DNA of 64,000 nt, taken from assembly GCA_016207605.1 (NCBI GenBank), contig JACQPJ010000016.1:2452-66451 (forward strand), written 5' to 3'. Positions within the stretch are counted from its first letter, which is position 1. Every line of letters begins with the position of its first letter. This document shows, piece after piece, positions 58,197-64,000 of this stretch. The position numbers were made by a program, and so were the translations under genes. Source of the DNA: Elusimicrobiota bacterium. Its GTDB lineage: Bacteria; Elusimicrobiota; Elusimicrobia; UBA1565; UBA9628. The notes under the pieces are model-generated. The model was not told the DNA's origin and did not search any database. It was given only the letters and a program-made list of their open reading frames with translations.

Positions 58197-59260
58197 CTAC
58201 GTATGAGCGGACGCCAGGGCGCGGGCCAACGCTGAGACGAAAGACGTCGCGTTGGGCCAGCGCGCCGAAGGCTCCGGCTCCAGCGCGCGGCCGATCACGG
58301 CGTCCACCTGGGGGTTGAGCCCCGGCACCTGCTCCGAGAGGGGCCGGTACAGCTTCTGCGCCTTCATCATCATTCCGCCGCCGCTGACCGGGAAGGGTGG
58401 GCGGCCGCAGAGCATTTCGTAGACGCAGCAGCCCAGCGCATAGATGTCGGTCGCGGGGCGCGCCAACTGGCCCGCCTCCTGCTCCGGCGCCATATAGGCG
58501 GGCGTGCCGGAAATCTCGAGCTTGGACATGGTCGAGAGCGTCTCCGCCACGCGACGAGCGATGCCGAAGTCCATTACCTTGGAGTTGTTGTTTTTATCCA
58601 GCATGATGTTGGCCGGCTTCAAGTCCTGGTGCACGATCCCTTTCAAATGCGCGTAATCCAAGGCCAGCGCCACCTGACGTGAAATCGCCACCGTTTCCTC
58701 CGGCGTCAGGGGGCTCCGGCCCAGCCTCTCGTGCAGGGTCTCCCCATCGACGCGCTCGAACACCAGGAACAGTCCCCCGTCCTCGTGGACCGAGTGGATC
58801 TCCACGATGTTGGGATGATGAAGCGAGGCCACCATGCGCGCCTCCTTCAGGAACCGCTGGCGCTCCCGTGGGTTGTTGGCCACCTCGTCCCTCAGCTTCT
58901 TGATGGCCACCGTCCGCTCCAGGGCCAGGTCCCTGGCCTCGTAGACCACGCCCATGCCGCCCGTCCCCAGCGTGCGCACGAGCTGGAAGCCGCCGGGCAT
59001 GGCGTCGGGCCGCGGCGCGGGCTGCAGCTCGTCGAGACGCACCATCCGCCGCGAGATGGACGTAAACCCCGTTTTTTTAAGCGCCGCGAACGAGAAGAAC
59101 AGCAGGGCCGTGCCCACCGCCGCCAGCCACACGAGGCTCGGCCGCGGCTTGGACTTGGGCCGCAGGGGCGAGGACTCGGCGAGCTGCTTTTGGTGATAAA
59201 GCTCCGCAAACCTGGGGTTGAATTCGGCCGCTTTCTTAAGGGCAGCCAGGGCCTCGCCGC
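58197..59260 (-). CDS. Hanks-type Ser/Thr kinase, C-terminal part (TM + kinase), fused in frame to an ISL3 transposase fragment
   Basis: TM SLVWLAAVGTALLFFSFAAL; LGTGGMGVVY, VAIKKL, HQDLKPAN, DFG, GTPAYMAPE. Confidence 0.85.
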
Positions 59261-60189
59261 GGCGCTTCTCGGGCACGTTCTCCCGGCTGTAGAGCCACAG
59301 GTACTTGCTGCCCTTGAGGGTCTCGTCGCCTGACTCCAGCAGCTCGCGGTGTTCCTGCCTGCGCACCGTGTCTACCGCCTTGCCGAGGTGGCCCATGACG
59401 TGGAAGCGGTCGAAGACGATCTTCTCGACGGCGTCCGGCACGCGCGCCAGTGTCGCCTGGATGGAGGGCTCCCACATATCCATCGCCACCGCCTCGATTC
59501 CCGCCAACTGCTCCTTGCTCAGCCCGGCGTAGTAGCCGTCGAGACTCTCCTGCTTGCGGTCCTCGCTGATGTGCTCGACCGTGCCCTCCTCCAAATCGCA
59601 GACCAGCGTCAGGTACCGGTGCCCTTTGGCTGCCGCCTTCTCATCAACGCCGATGTGGCGCACCACTTTGCGCGCCTTGCGGTCTCGCCCGCGCCGGACC
59701 GCCCGCTGCATCAAGCCCCACGCCTCGTCCCAGCTGATCCGCAGGATTCTCGTCGCCCCGCTTACGTCGCACCGGCTGAGCACGCCGATGGCCAGCCGCT
59801 CGAACAGCAGCGTGAACCGTGACCGTGGCTCCGCCCACGGTACCTTGACCTGCACGACGCCGTGCTCGTCGCACTCCACGCGTGGGATGCGTGCGTGCAG
59901 GTAGGTCTGGAACTGGCAGCTATCCAAGTGCCGCCACGTGCGCTCCTCGGCGTGGTCGTAGAGCGCCAGCTTCGCGGCGCACTGCGGGCATGTCCACCCG
60001 GCGTCTTGCGGCTGCTCGGCCCACACGTCCACGCGCTGTGTCTTCACGTCCAGGTTCACGCGAGCCACCGCCCACGGCGACTGCAATCCGAGCAGGTACT
60101 GGTAGAGCGCGGTGTCTTGCATGGCGGCCTCCTTGCGAGGCCACCATTTTATCCTACCCGACGGTCACCCACGCCAAACCCGGAAGCGC
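59261..60189 (-). mobile_element. Truncated ISL3-family element (left end + N-terminal transposase, ATG 60122)
   Basis: AGGAGG RBS; CPQC Zn finger, WRHLD, PRVEC, VPWAEP, GVDEKA, AMDMW, FDRFHV. The C-terminal part is missing. Confidence 0.88.
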
Positions 60190-60319
60190 TAGTTTCTTTT
60201 TAGACAGTTCTTCTCAAATCTACTAGACGGGATAGAAATGAAAAGTTTTCTGCATATAAAATACTCTCTTATGAAAATTAACACTTTACATTAAAGAAAC
60301 AATATGTCAGCATCCAGCC

Positions 60320-60466
60320 ATGGCGGCGCAGTTCTCCGTCCTGGTCGTTGAAGACGACGCCCTCGCCCAGAAGATCATGACGGCGCATCTGGCGCCGCAC
60401 CAGGCGGATTTCGCCGATGACGCCGCGGCCGCGCGCCGCAAGCTCGCCTCGGGCCGCTACGACTGA
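60320..60466 (+). pseudogene. Truncated response-regulator receiver domain
   Basis: MAAQFSVLVVEDDALAQKIM...ASGRYD* stops just before the phospho-acceptor strand. Confidence 0.7.
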
Positions 60467-60738
60467 TGGGCCCTAATAACCCGAGTGGGTCAAGAGCTTT
60501 TCAAGGAACACTTCCTGCGCGCCGGGGACGGCTCCGACCAGTAGTGGGCGCATCTCTGCGGGATTTTAACCGCCGCTCGCGGCCTTCATGCCCAGCGCGG
60601 AGGCGGTGGCGCGGGACATCCTTCACGGCGCCGCCGCCGCCCAGCCGGCGCTCTCCGATGACGGGCCTCCACCTGGAAATGCAGCGCGTCCATAGCATCA
60701 GGCTCTCCCGCCGGTCCATCGCCCAATACAGGAAGGAC

Positions 60739-61566
60739 ATGACGCGAGACAAGAACACCATGACGATCGGAGATGCAAAGATGAAGACAATCCATGCCGG
60801 GAACGCGGCCAGGAGCCTCGCGGAGCAAGCAGGCTACAGCGGCACCGTCGAGTACATATACACCGCGGACCATCCGGAGGTCCTGCGCTGGACCAGCCAC
60901 TTTGAGGGGCTGGCGGCGCGGGAGGGGGTGTTCGAGGCTTTCGAGGCGGCCTGCCCCAGGTCTTGGCGCCGCGCCACGGTCGTCAGCGCGCTCTGGCACC
61001 GATTTTCCTCATTCATGCCATGGTTCCTCTGCCAGGCTGCAGCGATGGTCTCCACGAACGAGAAGCGCCACTACGTGATCCAGACGGCCTTCGAGGAGCT
61101 TGGCATGCGCGACGCGCGCGAGATCCACTGCGACATGTTTTGGAACGCCGCCGCACAGGCAGGCGTAAGTGAGAAGGATCGGGCCGAGGTCCTGGCGGAC
61201 GTCCCGGCCGCTACGGCCCTGGCCTCCCTTCGGGGGGCGCTTCTTTCCTACGGCACGGACGAGGAGGTGCTCGGCATCCTGCTCGGCCTCGAGATCCCGG
61301 CGCGGGAGAACATCGAGACGGTGTTCCGGTCGCTGGCCCACGACGACGGGACGGCGGTTGCGCTCGACGCTCACCGCTTCTTCATCTTCCACCGCCAGAT
61401 CGAGATCGAGCACGTGCGGCTGACGGTGGCTAACTTCGTGAGGTACTGCCGGACCGAGGAACAGAGGCGCCGCTTCCAGCGGGGCTTCTCCAATGGGCTC
61501 GGGTTCTGGAGCCGCTTCTGGAACACCGCCTCCGACCTGGTGGGAGTCCCCGCCCGCGCCTCATGA
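60739..61566 (+). CDS. Heme-oxygenase-like diiron oxidase/oxygenase (iron-containing redox enzyme)
   Basis: Helical protein with ordered ligands FEELG...EIH, LGLE, FHRQIEIEH (E,H,E,H,E,H) and a late FWSRFW helix. Start is 60739 or 60781. Confidence 0.78.
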   Translation: MTRDKNTMTIGDAKMKTIHAGNAARSLAEQAGYSGTVEYIYTADHPEVLRWTSHFEGLAAREGVFEAFEAACPRSWRRATVVSALWHRFSSFMPWFLCQAAAMVSTNEKRHYVIQTAFEELGMRDAREIHCDMFWNAAAQAGVSEKDRAEVLADVPAATALASLRGALLSYGTDEEVLGILLGLEIPARENIETVFRSLAHDDGTAVALDAHRFFIFHRQIEIEHVRLTVANFVRYCRTEEQRRRFQRGFSNGLGFWSRFWNTASDLVGVPARAS

Positions 61567-62777
61567 ACGACGCCGCCGAGTTCCGCAAGCTCATCGCGGC
61601 CTCCTTCGTCTCGCAGACGGGGAGCCATTTCCTGACCCTGGCTCTCGCTGCCTTCGTGTTGCTGAGTACCGGATCAGCCGTTCAATCAGCGCTGGTCTTC
61701 GTGCTCTCCTACCTCCCGTCCATCCTGGCGGCGCCCAGGCTGGGCCACTGGGTGGATTGCCACGTCTCCAAGCGCCTGATCGCGACCAACGAGCTGATCT
61801 CAATTGCATCCACGGTGCTGTGCGGTCTGTGCATCGAGTTCCGGCTCCCTATGGCTGCCCTGTGCGCCGTGCTCGCTCTCCGTTCCATCCTGCTTTTTGT
61901 TGGCCGCGCCGCCGGAACCAAATGGCTCAAGCTGATCACGTCCCCGGCCCTGCAGACGGGGCGGATCAAGCTCTTCTATCTGGCTTTCTTCCTGTCTACC
62001 GCCGTCTCCGGCCTGCTGGCGGCCCTCGTGCTCAAGCATGCCTCCATCCGCATGGTCGTGGGCATCGACGTGGCGAGCTATCTGCTCGGGATCGCGCTGT
62101 ACATGACGCTCGCCGCGCCGCCCACCGAGCCGGCCGGCCAGGCTCCAGCGCCCGAAGGCGAGGCCCTGCAATCGCTGCGCGAGACCCTGGACGCGATCTT
62201 CGCGATACCCGTGGTTCGGACTTCCTTCCTGGCGGTCTGCCTGTCGCAGGCGGTCTTCCAAGGGGCGTACTCAGCTTTTGTCTCCTACCTGCCGATCTCG
62301 GTCTTCAAGGTGGGCGTGGGCGGGGTGGGCTCCTTCCAGCTCGCGGCCTCGATCGGCATCATTGGAGGCTTTCTCATCAACTGGCTGGCGGCCGGCATCC
62401 TCGCGGAGATTGACCCACAGGTCCCGAGAAAGGCTCTCTGGATCTCCGGCCTGGCGGCGGCGTTCCTCATCTGCGCCGTGTCCATCCCCGCGGTGAGGGT
62501 GAGCCTCGGCTCGTTCCTTCTCTTGAACCTGGCGTACGAATGCGTGTGGCTTCACCATAACTCCGAGTTCTTCCGCGCAAGCCCCAAGCGCCACGCGGCA
62601 CGCTACCAGTTCATACTTTCGTCGTGTGCCGCCTTCCTGATGTCGGCCATGACTCTGGCCTACTCCGCCGCGGTGCAATGGCTGGGTCCCTCCTCTGGGA
62701 CCCTTTCGGTCCTCATGGGTGGAGTGCTGGTCACAGCGTACGCGGGGATGGCGCCATCCTGGAGGCAGGGCTCATGA
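61563..62777 (+). CDS. MFS transporter
   Basis: Polytopic hydrophobic protein, 404 aa; motif A-like GHWVDCHVSKR; ATGA-coupled on both sides. Confidence 0.88.
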   Translation: MNDAAEFRKLIAASFVSQTGSHFLTLALAAFVLLSTGSAVQSALVFVLSYLPSILAAPRLGHWVDCHVSKRLIATNELISIASTVLCGLCIEFRLPMAALCAVLALRSILLFVGRAAGTKWLKLITSPALQTGRIKLFYLAFFLSTAVSGLLAALVLKHASIRMVVGIDVASYLLGIALYMTLAAPPTEPAGQAPAPEGEALQSLRETLDAIFAIPVVRTSFLAVCLSQAVFQGAYSAFVSYLPISVFKVGVGGVGSFQLAASIGIIGGFLINWLAAGILAEIDPQVPRKALWISGLAAAFLICAVSIPAVRVSLGSFLLLNLAYECVWLHHNSEFFRASPKRHAARYQFILSSCAAFLMSAMTLAYSAAVQWLGPSSGTLSVLMGGVLVTAYAGMAPSWRQGS

Positions 62778-64000
62778 CGAGATCCGTGGTGTTCCTGGAA
62801 CCGAAGGGCACGATCCTCGAAGTCGTGCGCGCCGCCAAGCGCCGGGGCTTCCATGTCGCCGCGCTCCGCTCGGACCCGGCGCTCCTGGACGGCGCGCCGG
62901 AGCCGTACGCCTCGGCCGTTCCCCTGATCGACGAGATCATTCCCATCCAGGGCTGGGACGCCGAGTCCGCCGTCCTCGCCGCGTGCGAGGCGGTCCACGC
63001 CCGCGCGCCCATCACCGGCCTCTACGCGGGGATGGACCCATGCGCGTCCATCCTGGCGCGTCTGCGCCGCAGGTTCAGCCTGCCGGCCCCAGACCCAGAG
63101 GCCATCGCGCTGGTGCTCAACAAGTTCGCGCTGAGGCGGCGTCTCGTGGAGCTGGGCCTGAGCCGCCTCAAGAACGCCCACAGCTCCGAGGCGGAAGGCT
63201 GGACCTCATGGCCCTTTCGGGGTGCCGCCTATTTCAAGCCGGTCCACGGCTTCTTCAGCGCCTATGTGAGCCGTTGCGAGAACTTGGCCGACTTCCGCGC
63301 AGCGCGGGATCGCTGGCGGACCGGCAACGGCACCGATCCGGCTTGGCTCAAGGACTATCTACACTCGCTCAACGAATACCACCTCGAGGAGGCCTTCGAC
63401 GGGGAGCTTCTGTCCGTGGAGGCCATAGCGAGCGGAGGCCGCTACGAGCCGTTGGGCCTGCTCTCGCGCATCCTCTACTCGCGGGACCCCGTGGTCGAGA
63501 TGGGCTCCTGCTTCCCCTATCCCCATCCGCTCAGCGGCAAGATCATCGACCTGGCGCGGCGCGCCCACGCGGCGCTCGGCCTCCACGACGGGCCGACCCA
63601 TACGGAAATGATCGTCAGTCCTGCCGGGGAGGTCGAGATCATAGACCTCAACCCCAGGTTCGTTGGCGCTGACGTCCTCCAGTCGATCAACAATGCCTTC
63701 GGCGTCCGGGTGGAGGAAGCACTGCTCGACTATGCCATCGGGAAGCCGGCCCGGGTCGCGCCGGAGGATCGTCGCTTCTCGTGCCTGCAATACTTCCTGC
63801 CTCCCCGGGTACCGGTCCTGGAGACGGTGGACTTCCCCGAGGTCCCCGAGGTCAAGTTCCGCGCCACCTTTATCAAGCCGGGTACCCCAATATCGAGCAA
63901 CGACCGCCAGATCGACTATCTTGGCTGCTACCTGACCGTAATGCCGGAGTTCGAGGCCGCCCTTAGCCGCTCGCGCGAGCTGCGCGCGGCGGTCATGATC
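62774..64000 (+). CDS. ATP-grasp ligase (L-amino-acid ligase-like), runs off the window
   Basis: Absent from the ORF track and read manually: MTRSVVFLEPKG..., NKFALRRRL, FKPVHGFFS, LEEAFDGELLSVE, GPTHTE, EIIDLNPRFVG. No stop seen before 64000. Confidence 0.88.
   Translation, partial: MTRSVVFLEPKGTILEVVRAAKRRGFHVAALRSDPALLDGAPEPYASAVPLIDEIIPIQGWDAESAVLAACEAVHARAPITGLYAGMDPCASILARLRRRFSLPAPDPEAIALVLNKFALRRRLVELGLSRLKNAHSSEAEGWTSWPFRGAAYFKPVHGFFSAYVSRCENLADFRAARDRWRTGNGTDPAWLKDYLHSLNEYHLEEAFDGELLSVEAIASGGRYEPLGLLSRILYSRDPVVEMGSCFPYPHPLSGKIIDLARRAHAALGLHDGPTHTEMIVSPAGEVEIIDLNPRFVGADVLQSINNAFGVRVEEALLDYAIGKPARVAPEDRRFSCLQYFLPPRVPVLETVDFPEVPEVKFRATFIKPGTPISSNDRQIDYLGCYLTVMPEFEAALSRSRELRAAVMI

Overview
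High-GC bacterial chromosomal window. The gene style resembles groundwater Elusimicrobiota MAGs, but this is an impression and is not demonstrated. Core content: class Ia RNR (nrdAB), class II RNR (nrdJ), hisS, AddAB-type helicase-nuclease, recQ, a glcD/E fusion plus glcF, tRNA-Gly(GCC), tRNA-Ser(CGA), and a tightly coupled pyrB-C-D-F-E-purM-purN/H-carAB operon. Accessory content: two PIN toxin-antitoxin pairs, a PilGHI/Xap-like ABC module, and a sigma54-like factor divergent from a PAS kinase and an activator that lacks its DNA-binding domain. A right-end island holds an ISL3 transposase fused in frame to a Ser/Thr kinase, followed by a heme-oxygenase-like diiron enzyme / MFS / ATP-grasp operon that runs off the window. 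Most notable: (i) that HDO-MFS-ATP-grasp biosynthetic cluster; (ii) a ~57-bp CTAG-delimited structured repeat in five copies, two of them in frame inside genes; (iii) the non-canonical sigma54 module. All calls come from motif recognition by eye; no searches were run.
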